Shown: positions 11,569-21,915 of the stretch, piece by piece
Position numbering within the stretch: position 1 is the stretch's first letter
Layout: each line of letters starts with the position of its first letter
DNA from: an uncultured Gammaproteobacteria bacterium
GTDB taxonomy: Bacteria > Patescibacteriota > Patescibacteriia > Magasanikbacterales > UBA922
NCBI GenBank assembly: GCA_964592785.1
Contig: CAZQHU010000003.1
Span: forward strand, 3,901-67,900
DNA length: 64,000 nucleotides
Reading direction: 5' to 3'
Notes under the pieces: generated by a model
What the model saw: the letters and a program-made list of their open reading frames with translations, nothing else
Told to the model about the DNA's origin: nothing
Databases searched by the model: none
Translations under genes and position numbers: made by a program

Positions 11569-11857
11569 ATTCAATAATAGCTAATATCTTCTCACTCTCA
11601 AGTATTTTATATTCTTCACCCTCAACTTTAACTTCCTCCCCTCCCCATTTTTCAAATAAAACTCGATCACCAACTTTTACTTCCATAGTAGCACGCTCAC
11701 CAGACTCTAATAATTTACCCGGACCAATAGCCACGATTTCACCTTCGGCTTTTTTTTGTTTATCGACTGTATCAGGGAGAACAATCCCAGACGCAGTCAC
11801 TTCTTCCTCCTTGATTGGTTTGACCAAGACTCGGTCACCCAGTGGTTTTATATTCAT
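11567..11857 (-). CDS. groS: Co-chaperonin GroES
   Basis: MNIKPLGDRVLV, TASGIVLP. Confidence 0.98.
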   Translation of the reverse strand: MNIKPLGDRVLVKPIKEEEVTASGIVLPDTVDKQKKAEGEIVAIGPGKLLESGERATMEVKVGDRVLFEKWGGEEVKVEGEEYKILESEKILAIIE

Positions 11858-11883
11858 AGGATTAAAAAAATTAAAAATAATTT

Positions 11884-11910
11884 TTATCACTCAATATGTA
11901 GGAGTGATAA
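11884..11910. promoter_or_regulatory. CIRCE (HrcA operator) variant
   Basis: TTATCACTC-N9-GAGTGATAA versus consensus TTAGCACTC-N9-GAGTGCTAA; downstream of the TTGACA...TAAAAT promoter (11949-11922) of groES. Confidence 0.85.
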
Positions 11911-11979
11911 ATAACTACCTCATTTTACTATAACTAAATACTTTGTCAAGACCTCAAAAAATCCACTTTTCCACAAACT

Positions 11980-12282
11980 AAAATAGCCCAAAAGGCTATT
12001 TTCTTATCTCCTGCTTGCGGGCTTTCTTGATCCGTCTTTAATGCTATTTGGTCCAAAATAATTCACCCTTACCCTCCTTTTCAAGGGTTAAATTCTCTGG
12101 AACAAAAAAGCCCAAAGTAGGAGACAAGCCCAATATGCCGTCCAGATATGATTTCGTGATGCCTGTCAGTATGCACGAAATCGCTGGCGAACACTATGCG
12201 CCTGCCACCAACTTTAGGCTTTTACCACTTTGTCGCCAAACCCCACCTAAAGTTGGCGACGTCCCTAAGTTGTATCACAGTA
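11980..12282 (-). ncRNA. Candidate structured ncRNA (~290 nt)
   Basis: TTGACA-N17-CATAAT promoter (12316-12288), several hairpins, terminator 11980-12002, no sizeable minus-strand ORF. Confidence 0.4.
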
Positions 12283-12373
12283 CCTTCATTATGCCACTAT
12301 CAGAAATTACTGTCAAAAATATTTATCCAAAAAATTTTGGCTAAAATTAGCCAAAGAGTGTATAAACCGTGGA

Positions 12374-13813
12374 TTAACTGGGGAGTTCTTGTGGGTTACT
12401 CTTCAAAATTAGGCCCCAAAAGACAGCTGAAAGTGCCAAACCAACAAAAGAAGAATAAAGATAATGGTCAAAAGACATTAAAACAAGAAAACAAAAAAAC
12501 AAAAAAACAAAATCGGGGAGATTTTTTGTTTTATCGCTTTCTTGATTTTTTGATAAAAAATAAATGATAAATGATACACTCACAAAAACTAACAAGATTA
12601 TCCCCACTATCCCCCCTTCAGCTATAAACAATACCAAAGTATTGTGTACTGGTTGATATTCCCAACCAACGCGAGCAGGGTCTGCGAGATAAGCTGACAG
12701 AGTATAATTCCCCGCCCCCACACCCAAGATCGGTTGTTTTTTAAACAATTGCCAGGCTTCATCATAACCAGAAATTCTCTCAGTAGCAGAACGAACTTCA
12801 GAAATTGATTGTCCGGAAAAACGAGTTTGAACCAACGGAAAATAAATTACTGACAAAATAACAAAACACGTAACGCCAAACACATACCATATAACCTTGA
12901 CTTTTTGATATGTGATATGTGATATGTGATATGTAATAAATAATCCAACCGCTATGGCCAACCAGGCACTTCTACTAAAGGTGAAAAATAATGCAACAAA
13001 CGATAAAAAATAAACAATAAAAAATAAAATATTTCTCATTCCTCGCCCCTCGTTCCTCAAATTAACAATATGACAATGTAACAATGTAACAATCACTACC
13101 ACCAAATACCCACCGAAAATATTCGGATGACTAAAAGGTCCATAAGCTCGGAGCCAACGCCCGATAGTTTCACTTTGAACAATTGAAGTCCCTGCTTGCC
13201 AAGAAGGATGATCCGCCAAACCCAAAAGGGTGCTGGCAAAAGTTGTTTGAGATAAAAACTGCCAAATACCTAAAATTGCTGGAAAAATCGTCCCATAAAT
13301 AAACCATTTAAGCAAATTTTCTTTTTCAAAAGGACCAATAAAAATAATTAAAAATAATAAAATTGCTTCCATCACACGCAGTGATTGTTGGAGAGCCAAA
13401 GATTTATCACTAGACCAGACGATAGATAATAAATTATAGACGATAAATAATAAACAAGTGAATAAAAATATTCTGTCTTTCGTCAAACTAAATTTCTTAA
13501 TTTCCAAATTTCTTAATTTTCTCTCTTTCCAAAACCAAACAATAAACAAAACAACAATTACCCAAAGTAAAATCTCCGTCCCACAAAAACCCAAAGTTCC
13601 ATATTCCCATTTCACCCCATTCAAAAAAGATTCCCGATAAATCCAAATCGTTTGCCAAGGCAAAACAAAAAGAAATAAGTAAGTTAAGAACTGTATTATT
13701 TTTTCTAATTTTAATTGTATATTTAATTTTTCTAACACAATACTTAATTTGAAATTTATAATTTTTAATTTAAAAACAATTTTAAATATTAAAATATTGT
13801 TTAAAAATTTCAA
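12374..13813 (-). CDS. O-antigen ligase (Wzy_C) family membrane protein
   Basis: RAYGPFSHPN, TFSRSAW, GVGAGNY and PVHN motifs; true start probably ~75 nt downstream because the 5' end is a repeat array. Confidence 0.9.
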   Translation of the reverse strand: MKFLNNILIFKIVFKLKIINFKLSIVLEKLNIQLKLEKIIQFLTYLFLFVLPWQTIWIYRESFLNGVKWEYGTLGFCGTEILLWVIVVLFIVWFWKERKLRNLEIKKFSLTKDRIFLFTCLLFIVYNLLSIVWSSDKSLALQQSLRVMEAILLFLIIFIGPFEKENLLKWFIYGTIFPAILGIWQFLSQTTFASTLLGLADHPSWQAGTSIVQSETIGRWLRAYGPFSHPNIFGGYLVVVIVTLLHCHIVNLRNEGRGMRNILFFIVYFLSFVALFFTFSRSAWLAIAVGLFITYHISHITYQKVKVIWYVFGVTCFVILSVIYFPLVQTRFSGQSISEVRSATERISGYDEAWQLFKKQPILGVGAGNYTLSAYLADPARVGWEYQPVHNTLVLFIAEGGIVGIILLVFVSVSFIIYFLSKNQESDKTKNLPDFVFLFFCFLVLMSFDHYLYSSFVGLALSAVFWGLILKSNPQELPS

Positions 13814-13821
13814 ATTAAAAA

Positions 13822-14754
13822 TTAAAAAATCTTTTTACACTTCTCCAACCACTTATCTCTATACTCTTCCCTTTTGTCTTTCTCATGAAACTTGAGTATT
13901 GAATCGGAAACAACCACTCGTGTATCATTAGCATTTTGTACGCTTGTATAATTCAGTTTCATTTTGGCCAACTGTGCTCCCTTAGCCTGCTTCTCCAGTA
14001 AATTTCCATATTCTCCACCCCACATTTTCTCTATTAACCCCTTAAACCACTTTCCACTTTCCACTTTCCACTTTCCACTTTCCACATTTTTCAATCCATT
14101 CACCAAATATTTATTCACCCAACCATTAGCTCGCAAAACATCCTCGTGCAAATCATCTGGATCGTAGACTGGAATTAAATTATTCAACCAATTAACCAAA
14201 TAAATGTCATCTTTGATGGCGATCTTCTCTAAATTCAAATTATCATCAGCTAAATAAAAACTCAAACAAATTTTGTTATTTATTTTCTTCTTGGTACGGC
14301 GTAAACGGAACAAACTTAAGACTAAAACCGACAATACCCGCACCAAAAATATCCGCCCTTTTCTTGCAATAATCAAAATATCAATATCACTATCTTTGTC
14401 AGCTGTCCCCATGGCGACAGTATTGCAAACAAAAACCGCACGTACAAAAGGTATAGCAAATAACTTTTTAATTCCTCGCTTGGCGATCTTCATTTTCTTT
14501 TCTATCCATTTTACTTTATTCTGACGCACCGCGACTACTTCTTCCTGACCTGGCAAGAAATAAAACCCCCGGCTTTGCTCCACTACACCGTGCAAGCTGT
14601 CCAACTGAATCAAAAACTCAGTATAATCTAATTTAAAATCAGTATAATCAGTGTATAAAAACCGCCACAATTCTTCTTTTGTCAAAGGATATTCAAAAAT
14701 ATCCCAATAGGCCAAAGTTTGTAAAATTGATTTTTGTAGTTTTTCTTGTTCCAT
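13822..14754 (-). CDS. Nucleotidyltransferase-domain protein
   Basis: NTVAMG...DSDIDILII; N-terminal DIFEYPLT typical of a CPR family. Confidence 0.75.
   Translation of the reverse strand: MEQEKLQKSILQTLAYWDIFEYPLTKEELWRFLYTDYTDFKLDYTEFLIQLDSLHGVVEQSRGFYFLPGQEEVVAVRQNKVKWIEKKMKIAKRGIKKLFAIPFVRAVFVCNTVAMGTADKDSDIDILIIARKGRIFLVRVLSVLVLSLFRLRRTKKKINNKICLSFYLADDNLNLEKIAIKDDIYLVNWLNNLIPVYDPDDLHEDVLRANGWVNKYLVNGLKNVESGKWKVESGKWFKGLIEKMWGGEYGNLLEKQAKGAQLAKMKLNYTSVQNANDTRVVVSDSILKFHEKDKREEYRDKWLEKCKKIF
14047..14085. repeat. Perfect heptamer array (CCACTTT)5, in-frame
   Basis: Encodes VESGKWKVESGKW. Confidence 0.9.
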
Positions 14755-14842
14755 AACCTCACTATTCTATAACAAATCAAATAAAAACAAAAGACGCGTA
14801 TCCGCGTCTTTGTAAAATTTCTAAATTTCCTAATTTCTGAAT

Positions 14843-15154
14843 TTATTCACTCATCATTGTCACTTTGTCCTGAGCTACGCCGAAGGGTTCTGGCTCAGCT
14901 ACCACTTTCTCTTTTTCTTTTTCTTCTTTCTCACTCTCTCCAACGACAGTGTCTTCAACAATCATCTTTTCTTCATTAATATTCAAAACCTCCTCCCGAC
15001 TGACTAAATATTTTTTTCCTACTAATTTTCCAACTTCATACTGTAAAATATTCTGTCCTTCTGTTTCTAAAATCAAATCCTGAACTTTTCCCAAAATCAC
15101 ACCAGACTTAGTCTGTACCTCCAACTTTTTCAAATGTACCAAACTAATTCGCAT
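14843..15154 (-). CDS. PRC-barrel domain protein
   Basis: LEVQTKSGVILGKVQDLIL; C-terminus contains a REP-like segment. Confidence 0.85.
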   Translation of the reverse strand: MRISLVHLKKLEVQTKSGVILGKVQDLILETEGQNILQYEVGKLVGKKYLVSREEVLNINEEKMIVEDTVVGESEKEEKEKEKVVAEPEPFGVAQDKVTMMSE

Positions 15155-15199
15155 ACTTTATAACTTTATGGACTTTATAAACTTGATAGACTTTCCATT

Positions 15200-15952
15200 C
15201 TACTCCACCTTCCCCTCAATCACAGTATTATCTTTCACTTTATTTCCACCATTCTTTTTGAACACTAATAATTGCTGTAAAGCAGTAAGCAAAGTGGACA
15301 AAAACCAATACAAGGTCAGACCAGCTGGAAGTTGAGCACCGATAAAAATTGTCAAAACCGGCATAAAATAAAGCATTTGTTTATTCATCATGGCCATCAT
15401 CCCCTCATCTTTAGCGCCAACTCCCGCTTCTTTGGGGGGTTGTTTTCTCATCATCATCTTGGCTTGCCACCATTGGGCCACGCCAGCCAAAACTGCCAAA
15501 ATGATACTAGCTTTTCCAAGTTCTACAAAACCCAAACTCATGGTCTTGATCATTTCTGGATTTTTTACAAAAGGATAGAGTAATTCAAAATTATTACTAG
15601 TCAAGCCTCTTTGTAAAACATAGTACAGCGCAATCAAAATCGGCAATTGAATCAAAAGAGGCAAACAAGAAGCAAAAGGATTTACCTGATTTTCTTTATA
15701 AAGTTTCATGGTTTCTTGAGCAATCAATTGTTGATTGCCAGCATGTTTCTTTTTTATCTCTTCCAACTTTGGCTGAAGTTCAGTCAAAGCCTTTTGTGAT
15801 TTTATAGACTTGGCGTTTAGAGGATACAGAATAAGCTTGATCAAAACAGTTATTATTAAAATAACTACGCCCACATCGGGAATTAAATTGTATAAAGCCA
15901 CAAAAGCATTGAAAATCGGCTGATAAAGTATGGTGGTAAAAAATTCGGTCAT
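15200..15952 (-). CDS. yidC: Membrane protein insertase YidC/Oxa1
   Basis: LQPKLEEI, NPFASCLPLLIQLPILIALY, GLTLYW. Confidence 0.96.
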   Translation of the reverse strand: MTEFFTTILYQPIFNAFVALYNLIPDVGVVILIITVLIKLILYPLNAKSIKSQKALTELQPKLEEIKKKHAGNQQLIAQETMKLYKENQVNPFASCLPLLIQLPILIALYYVLQRGLTSNNFELLYPFVKNPEMIKTMSLGFVELGKASIILAVLAGVAQWWQAKMMMRKQPPKEAGVGAKDEGMMAMMNKQMLYFMPVLTIFIGAQLPAGLTLYWFLSTLLTALQQLLVFKKNGGNKVKDNTVIEGKVE

Positions 15953-16012
15953 AACATCTTAAATTAACAAATTTATTAAGTTTAACAATTATAACAAATT
16001 AGCTATTAATTA

Positions 16013-16732
16013 TCAAGATCGGTCCCAAAGATGATTGAACATTGCTTTTTCCATGTCAATTAGTTCTTTACTTTCAATTACTACACACACCAAATCACCA
16101 GTAAAAGAAAACATCGCTACTTTATTTTTCCAAATATATTTCACACCATGAAAAGAATAAACTGATGGAACAATTTTTACTTGTCGTAAATGTTTCTGCC
16201 CAAGAGCCTGCCTTTTCTTTGCCAGTTCGGATTCTTCCAAAATAACACGTAGAGGAATTTTATTTTTTATTCTTTTTTCTACAAATTTATGAAAAGATTC
16301 CAATTCCCTAAATAAATCGTCGGCAGATCCAAATGCCAAAAGAATATCTGCCTCATCCAAAATTTCTTCCAAAATTAATTTCATTTCATCTTTACCTTGA
16401 TAAAATCTCACAGTCGGTCTTTTGCGAAATTGCCCAGCAATCGCATTTAACTGCGGTAAAACATCACGTAAAATATTAACTTTGCTTTCAGCCAAACGTA
16501 CTATTTGTGCTGGATCCTCGGCTGAAAAATATTTTATTTTCTTTTTATTAAAAGTGGAAACAAAACCCTCATGTGACAAATGTTCCAAAATTTCATAAAC
16601 AGTGGAACGTGGCAACCCAGCTTTGGCGGATATTTTTACCACCGATGCCGAACCCAATTCTAAACAAGCCAAATATACTTTAGCTTGTTTTTCTGACAAA
16701 CCATAGGATTGGAGTATTTTAGACAGGTTCAT
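16013..16732 (-). CDS. TrmB-family transcriptional regulator
   Basis: GLSEKQAKVYLACLELG...LPRSTVY helix-turn-helix. Confidence 0.9.
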   Translation of the reverse strand: MNLSKILQSYGLSEKQAKVYLACLELGSASVVKISAKAGLPRSTVYEILEHLSHEGFVSTFNKKKIKYFSAEDPAQIVRLAESKVNILRDVLPQLNAIAGQFRKRPTVRFYQGKDEMKLILEEILDEADILLAFGSADDLFRELESFHKFVEKRIKNKIPLRVILEESELAKKRQALGQKHLRQVKIVPSVYSFHGVKYIWKNKVAMFSFTGDLVCVVIESKELIDMEKAMFNHLWDRS

Positions 16733-16737
16733 ATTTT

Positions 16738-17218
16738 AAATCCCCTCTAGAGAGGGGTGGCTCCGACGTCGCAGTCGGAGACGGGGTGTGTTACCGTTGG
16801 TTAGTGATATAATTTTCTATTGTATAAAGTACTGATTCAATATTTTTTCTTACTTCAGTTTCTGTAAATCTTAAAAATTTTAGGCCTTTATTTTCTAAAA
16901 ACTCTTGTCTCTGTTTATCGTAATCTGACTTCATATCATGACTAGCAAAACCATCTATTTCTATTGCTAACATTAATTTGGGGCAATAAAAGTCTACAAT
17001 ATAGTTGTGGATTGATTTTTGACGATGAAAGTCAAAACCCAACATTTGTTTATTTTTTAAATATTTCCAGAGTATTACTTCGCCTAGTGTGGAATGTTTG
17101 CGTAGTTCCCGGGCCTTTTGTTTTAATGATTGTTGGTAGTTAATAACTGGCATAATTTTGCAAACCACGGTCACACACCCCGCCCGCTCGAGCGGGCACC
17201 CCTCTCTAGAGGGGATTT
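16738..17218. mobile_element. DUF559 gene bracketed by inverted double-hairpin arms (REPIN/MITE-like, putatively autonomous)
   Basis: Arms AAATCCCCTCTAGAGAGGGGTG-hairpin-CGGGGTGTGT(T/G)ACC at 16738-16795 (+) and 17169-17218 (-). Confidence 0.75.
16791..17153 (-). CDS. DUF559 / Vsr-like endonuclease
   Basis: ARELRK-x2-T-x2-E-x2-LW, FHRQ, YIVDFYC, IEIDG, D-x2-R-x2-FL, LRF. Confidence 0.93.
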   Translation of the reverse strand: MPVINYQQSLKQKARELRKHSTLGEVILWKYLKNKQMLGFDFHRQKSIHNYIVDFYCPKLMLAIEIDGFASHDMKSDYDKQRQEFLENKGLKFLRFTETEVRKNIESVLYTIENYITNQR

Positions 17219-17402
17219 TGTCGGTATTTCCGACGTTTTTTTTATAGATAAATTATAGCATATTCAAGCTATTTTGTCAAGAGTGTTGATAACATTTAGA
17301 CAGAAATAGTGACAAGTTTTAAAAAATTTAATAAACTTTTCTATTCAGCTTAGGGCTGAATAAACGTTCCTTACAACGCAACCAAAAAGCATGGAGGAAA
17401 CC

Positions 17403-17906
17403 ATGGACAGAAACCAACTTCTCAAAAAGATCCAAACAAAGCTTCAAGAAGAAAGAAGCAAAAAAGAAAAAAGGGCTTTGTGGTTGAAATTGTTCAAGGC
17501 TTGTCGATGCCACCGAACTGATTTCATAGATCCAGAATATTTTCCCATCCATGATGAAGAAGGCGAATTCACCGAAAGAGACATACGCCCATATGTTGAG
17601 GAGTATGCCTTCCTCAATCCAGTCACTGGCTATGAAGCCGTTGAACAACTTCTAAAAGGAGGATATTATCTGCTTGAGATGAGGGACGGCCTACTCTACA
17701 TCGGACAGAAGCCCGAAGCAATTGAAAAGCATGAGCTGATAATCATCGGAGCGGTACGCGAAACTGATGATTACATGGCAGTCCCTATTTTCCGTACATC
17801 CAAGATCTTCAGAAGGCGCATAGCTGATTACTATTTCCTCCACTACACTTTCGACACCAACTGTCGCTTTTTGGTCTTCAAAGACAGGACCAGAACTAAT
17901 CCGTAG
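17403..17906 (+). CDS. Orphan hypothetical protein (SD-led)
   Basis: GGAGG SD before ATG 17403; 167 aa; no recognised family. Confidence 0.65.
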   Translation: MDRNQLLKKIQTKLQEERSKKEKRALWLKLFKACRCHRTDFIDPEYFPIHDEEGEFTERDIRPYVEEYAFLNPVTGYEAVEQLLKGGYYLLEMRDGLLYIGQKPEAIEKHELIIIGAVRETDDYMAVPIFRTSKIFRRRIADYYFLHYTFDTNCRFLVFKDRTRTNP

Positions 17907-17952
17907 CCCTCCACCCCGGCTGGCAGGGCCGTTCTCTCTGCCATTCCCACTC

Positions 17953-18072
17953 ACCCCCCTTAATAAAGGGGGGCGAGGGGGGATGTTGACCAATATCCCT
18001 CCTAACCTCCCTTTACTAAGGGAGGAACCATGACCATCAAAAAACTCCCCCAACCTCTTAGTAAGAGGGGGA
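17953..18072. repeat. Cluster of CCCC(T)T-Nn-AAGGGG REP-like palindromes
   Basis: Inverted pair 17953-17984 / 17995-18026 plus a third unit at 18045-18072. Confidence 0.7.
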
Positions 18073-18138
18073 CAATAAAACCGCCCTCACGGACGGTTTT
18101 AACTTATTAAACTTAGTTACTTAGTCAACTTAAAAAAC

Positions 18139-19422
18139 TTACTCCTCTTTATCCTGAGCGTCAGTCGAAGGATTTTCCTCAACAACTTCATCCACAACTG
18201 GCTCTACAGTTTCACTGGGCTTTTCTTCCAATACTTCCTCTACTTTTTCAACTTCGTCTTCACTACTTATCACTTTTTCTTCATTACCTTGCTCTACCAC
18301 ATTGATTTTCCAACCAGTGAGCTCAGCCGCCAAACGGACATTGGCGCCACCACGACCAATGGCCAAAGAAAATTGATCGGAAACAACATTAACTGTCGCT
18401 TCTTGTGTTTTTTCATCCAATTCCACACTTTCCACCTTGGCAGGAGAAAGTGCATGTTTGATGTATTCTTCTGTTTTTTCACTGTATTGAATAATATCTA
18501 TTTTTTCTCCACCCAATTCTTCAATAATAGTATTGATACGACTACCACGTTGACCAATACAAGAACCGATTGGATCAATAGACTCATCATCAGTGGCTAC
18601 TGCCACTTTGGAGCGTACTCCAGCTTCACGAGCAATACCCTTGATCACCACTGAACCAGAAGCAATCTCTGGAATTTCCTGAGCAAAAATAGCTTCCACC
18701 ATTTTGGGAGTAGCGCGAGATAAAATAATTTCCAAACCACGAGTGCCCATATTAACAGCCGAAATATAAAAACGCATTCTTGCTCCTGGACGATACATTT
18801 CACGCTGAATTTGTTCACTTACTGGCACCAAAGCCGTGGTTTTACCAAGATCAATAATAATTGCACCAGTTTTATCACGACGTTGCACCGTGCCCTGAAT
18901 TGTCTCGCCCACTTGTTCTTTCAATTCATCATAAACTGTACTGCGTTCAGCTTCACGCAAGCGCTGGATAATAACCTGCTTGGCGGTTTGTGCAGCCATA
19001 CGACCAAATTCCCCAGGAACTTCAAGGGGTATTTCCATAGTCTCACCTACTTTGACTTTCTTATCTATAGCTTTGGCTTCGGTAATCATCAACTGGGTTT
19101 TGGGATTGAAACGAGCCAAGTCGGCCATTTCTTCTTCTTCCAACTCTCGCCCTTCGGCATGAGCTTTTTCCCTACGAACGTTTAATTCTTCTTGATCGCG
19201 TTCCAATTTTTCCGGATCAATATCTTCTACTATTTCCTTGATATCCCAAGCTTTCATATCCTGAGTTTCTGGATCATATTTGACTTTGATATTTTGCTGA
19301 CGATTGCCAAAATCCTTGCGATAGGCGGCTGCGAGTGCTGCTTCAATAGACTCCAAAACTGCTTCATAAGTAAGACCTTTCTCAGCGCAAATGGCTTGAA
19401 TGGCTTTGGTGATTTCTGACAT
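18139..19422 (-). CDS. nusA: Transcription factor NusA
   Basis: FGRMAAQTAKQVI, AREAGVRSKVAV, CIGQRGSRI, AIGRGGANVRLA; start taken at MSEI. Confidence 0.98.
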   Translation of the reverse strand: MSEITKAIQAICAEKGLTYEAVLESIEAALAAAYRKDFGNRQQNIKVKYDPETQDMKAWDIKEIVEDIDPEKLERDQEELNVRREKAHAEGRELEEEEMADLARFNPKTQLMITEAKAIDKKVKVGETMEIPLEVPGEFGRMAAQTAKQVIIQRLREAERSTVYDELKEQVGETIQGTVQRRDKTGAIIIDLGKTTALVPVSEQIQREMYRPGARMRFYISAVNMGTRGLEIILSRATPKMVEAIFAQEIPEIASGSVVIKGIAREAGVRSKVAVATDDESIDPIGSCIGQRGSRINTIIEELGGEKIDIIQYSEKTEEYIKHALSPAKVESVELDEKTQEATVNVVSDQFSLAIGRGGANVRLAAELTGWKINVVEQGNEEKVISSEDEVEKVEEVLEEKPSETVEPVVDEVVEENPSTDAQDKEE

Positions 19423-19430
19423 AGGATTAT

Positions 19431-19556
19431 TCATTCCGAGCGTAGCGAGGAATCTTTATTACCTCGTACTCTCTAAAAAAATTAAAATATTGAATTAAAA
19501 ATAAATTATTTTAGGAAGGATTTCTCACCCCGACCTGAATCAGGATTCGGAATGAC
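19431..19556. repeat. REP-like doublet (TCATTCCGAGCGTAGCGAGGAATCT ... GATTTCTC..TCGGAATGAC)
   Basis: GTCAT-terminated palindromic arms in inverted orientation upstream of nusA. Confidence 0.65.
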
Positions 19557-19623
19557 CTAAAAATAAAAGCAGCATTTATAATGCTACCTAACAAAGATAT
19601 TATAACACAAGTAAATTTATTTG

Positions 19624-20622
19624 TCAAGGATTAAAAACTTTCAACTTTTTGTTTTGGTAATCTCCTATCAATACGCCCCTAACTTCTAATCTTTTTGCTT
19701 TCTTCAAAATATCGGCAAAATTTTTATCATTTAAACTCAAACGCTTTAATTTTTTATTTTCCAAATATAGTGGATCCAGATAACGAAATTTTTTTCTTAA
19801 AATTTTCTTTCTTTCTTCAACGGTAAAAAATAATTTCTTTTTACCCGATAACATAGAAAAAATAAACTCAATATCTGCATCTTTGGCTTGATAAATTTTT
19901 CCCATTATTTCTTGATCAAACCCCCAAAAATCCTGCCAACTGATAATTTTCTTATCCAAAGCAATCCTAATGGCCTTGGCAAATAAATAATAAACAACCA
20001 CATGCTTTGGTTCTCCCCAATATTCTCGCTGACATTTCAAAAAATCTTTAGCAAAAACCTGAGCTGCTTTTTTATTTTTCAAAACCACCCGACCATGACG
20101 GGCTGTTAAATTTTTTAAAATCAATTCAATATGTCCTGGAGCCAACCAATAAAAAATTTCCTCAAGAGAATATTCTATTCTATCAACACAAAGGCTTGGT
20201 AAATGACTTTCCAATAAAGTGAAATTTTTTTCTTCTGCCAAACGTCGCCAATCGTAGTGATACTTTTTCAAAATAGAAGGCAATTCTGAATTTTTAAAAA
20301 AATTAAGATGTGCTCTATCCTGATGATCCTCTCTTTGGCTATTATCATGAACCCAATCTATAATATGTGAAAAAGCTGAATGAGAAACATCATGAAGCAA
20401 ACCAGCCACTTGCTCTTCTATACTAGCCCCCAGACGACGAAGTAAGAGCATTACTCCCAAAGAATGTTGAAATCTAGAAAAACCTTTTTTTGAATCAAAT
20501 TCTTGTGGTAAACCGTGTTGAGAAATGCCTTTCAATCTTTGCACACTGGGAGAATTGATCAGATCCAACAAAATTGTCTCTTTGATATTGTATTTTCCGT
20601 AAATTTTATGACTAACAATCAT
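19624..20622 (-). CDS. HD-domain phosphohydrolase
   Basis: QRLKGISQHG, SRFQHSLG, LLHDVSH-x2-FSH. Confidence 0.92.
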   Translation of the reverse strand: MIVSHKIYGKYNIKETILLDLINSPSVQRLKGISQHGLPQEFDSKKGFSRFQHSLGVMLLLRRLGASIEEQVAGLLHDVSHSAFSHIIDWVHDNSQREDHQDRAHLNFFKNSELPSILKKYHYDWRRLAEEKNFTLLESHLPSLCVDRIEYSLEEIFYWLAPGHIELILKNLTARHGRVVLKNKKAAQVFAKDFLKCQREYWGEPKHVVVYYLFAKAIRIALDKKIISWQDFWGFDQEIMGKIYQAKDADIEFIFSMLSGKKKLFFTVEERKKILRKKFRYLDPLYLENKKLKRLSLNDKNFADILKKAKRLEVRGVLIGDYQNKKLKVFNP

Positions 20623-20623
20623 A

Positions 20624-21001
20624 CTAATCAAGCTCCAAAATATATTTTTTAAATTTAATTGTTTTGGCTTCACGATCAAGATAAACGCTCACGTGTTCAA
20701 AACGCATCTCTGTATCATACATATCTATATTTTTATATTGGCAATACTGTTTAGCGGCAAAAAATAATTTTTTCATCTTCAGCTGGTCAGTAGCTTGTTC
20801 GGCATTGGCAAATTCTTCCCAATAAGTTCTGGTTTTTACTTCTATAAAACAGATAGCTTCGCCTTGTTTCCCCACAATATCTATTTCTCCACCTACTGCA
20901 TAAAAATTGCGATCCAAAATCTCATAACCCTGACGGATTAAAAAAGAGCACGCTTGGCTCTCTCCCCACTGGCCTATCTTTTTTCCATCTACTGAACACA
21001 C
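20624..21001 (-). CDS. yraN: YraN (UPF0102) family endonuclease
   Basis: GQWGE, GEIDIV, FIEVKTR. Confidence 0.92.
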   Translation of the reverse strand: MCSVDGKKIGQWGESQACSFLIRQGYEILDRNFYAVGGEIDIVGKQGEAICFIEVKTRTYWEEFANAEQATDQLKMKKLFFAAKQYCQYKNIDMYDTEMRFEHVSVYLDREAKTIKFKKYILELD

Positions 21002-21053
21002 AAATAATAATTTAAAATTAAAATATTAAAAATTTTAAATTAAAAATTCAACA

Positions 21054-21608
21054 TCAGTCATGTTTAAACAACACCAACCCATGATGATACGGCCCCATGT
21101 CAAACTCTTCCTGAACTACGAAGCCGTGCAAAGTACACCAGCGCTTTATATCTGAAAAATCCACATAGCGCTCGCTTGGCGGCGCAAAAGGTAAACCACG
21201 TTTCGACCAATCAACCACCAAGAGTCTGGCTTTATCTTTTAATAAACGCCAAGCTTCTTCCAAAATAGCATGCCGGTTGTCGGACTGGTTTAGAACATTG
21301 ATAACAAAGGCTGCATCCAAACTGCGTGAAGGAATAGCTGTATGCCCCACTGCTTCCAAATTGGACCAAACTGTTTGTACTGCCGGCAGACATTCCATAT
21401 CAGCTCGTTTTTTAATTTCTGCCAAAATATCTTTCAAAACATCAACTGCATAAACAATGCCTCGCTCTCCCACAAAAGCTGCTGCTGGAAAAACCACATG
21501 ACCAACGCGACCGCAACCCAAATCAGCTATATGCATACCCGGATGTAGCTTGGCTTTGAGAAAAAGTTCTTCTACATCTATCAATTGACTGCCAGAGCTA
21601 TAAGTCAT
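21054..21608 (-). CDS. Class I SAM-dependent methyltransferase
   Basis: ADLGCG, VYAVDV, VVDW, GPYHHG. Confidence 0.88.
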   Translation of the reverse strand: MTYSSGSQLIDVEELFLKAKLHPGMHIADLGCGRVGHVVFPAAAFVGERGIVYAVDVLKDILAEIKKRADMECLPAVQTVWSNLEAVGHTAIPSRSLDAAFVINVLNQSDNRHAILEEAWRLLKDKARLLVVDWSKRGLPFAPPSERYVDFSDIKRWCTLHGFVVQEEFDMGPYHHGLVLFKHD

Positions 21609-21612
21609 ATTT

Positions 21613-21861
21613 TTAAATTCCAAAAGTAAACAAACGGCCGACTGTGCCCATAATAAAACCACCCAAAAGCCCGGTCATACCCATCATGGCAATAAAAATT
21701 ATTGCCAAGCCGATTAACTTATAAAGCGTGCGAGTGCCACCGCTTGTACCAAAATGTTCTTCAGCCCAAGCGCTGTTCCCAAAATTTTGAATAAACCACT
21801 CAGTTTTCACTACCAAAAAAATTCCTATAGCCAAGCCCAATAGACCAAGAAAATATTTCAT
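21613..21861 (-). CDS. Small two-TM hypothetical protein
   Basis: Hydrophobic helices, WAEEHFG-x2-GGTR. Confidence 0.7.
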   Translation of the reverse strand: MKYFLGLLGLAIGIFLVVKTEWFIQNFGNSAWAEEHFGTSGGTRTLYKLIGLAIIFIAMMGMTGLLGGFIMGTVGRLFTFGI

Positions 21862-21915
21862 AAAAACCTAATGATAATATAATTATAATACCGGTTTAAA
21901 ATACTGACAAGAATT

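Noticed and set aside
12048-12344. 98-aa + strand ORF with repeated PKVGD
   Set aside because: No evident RBS or promoter on +, while promoter, terminator and G-U-compatible stems favour a minus-strand RNA; not fully excluded.
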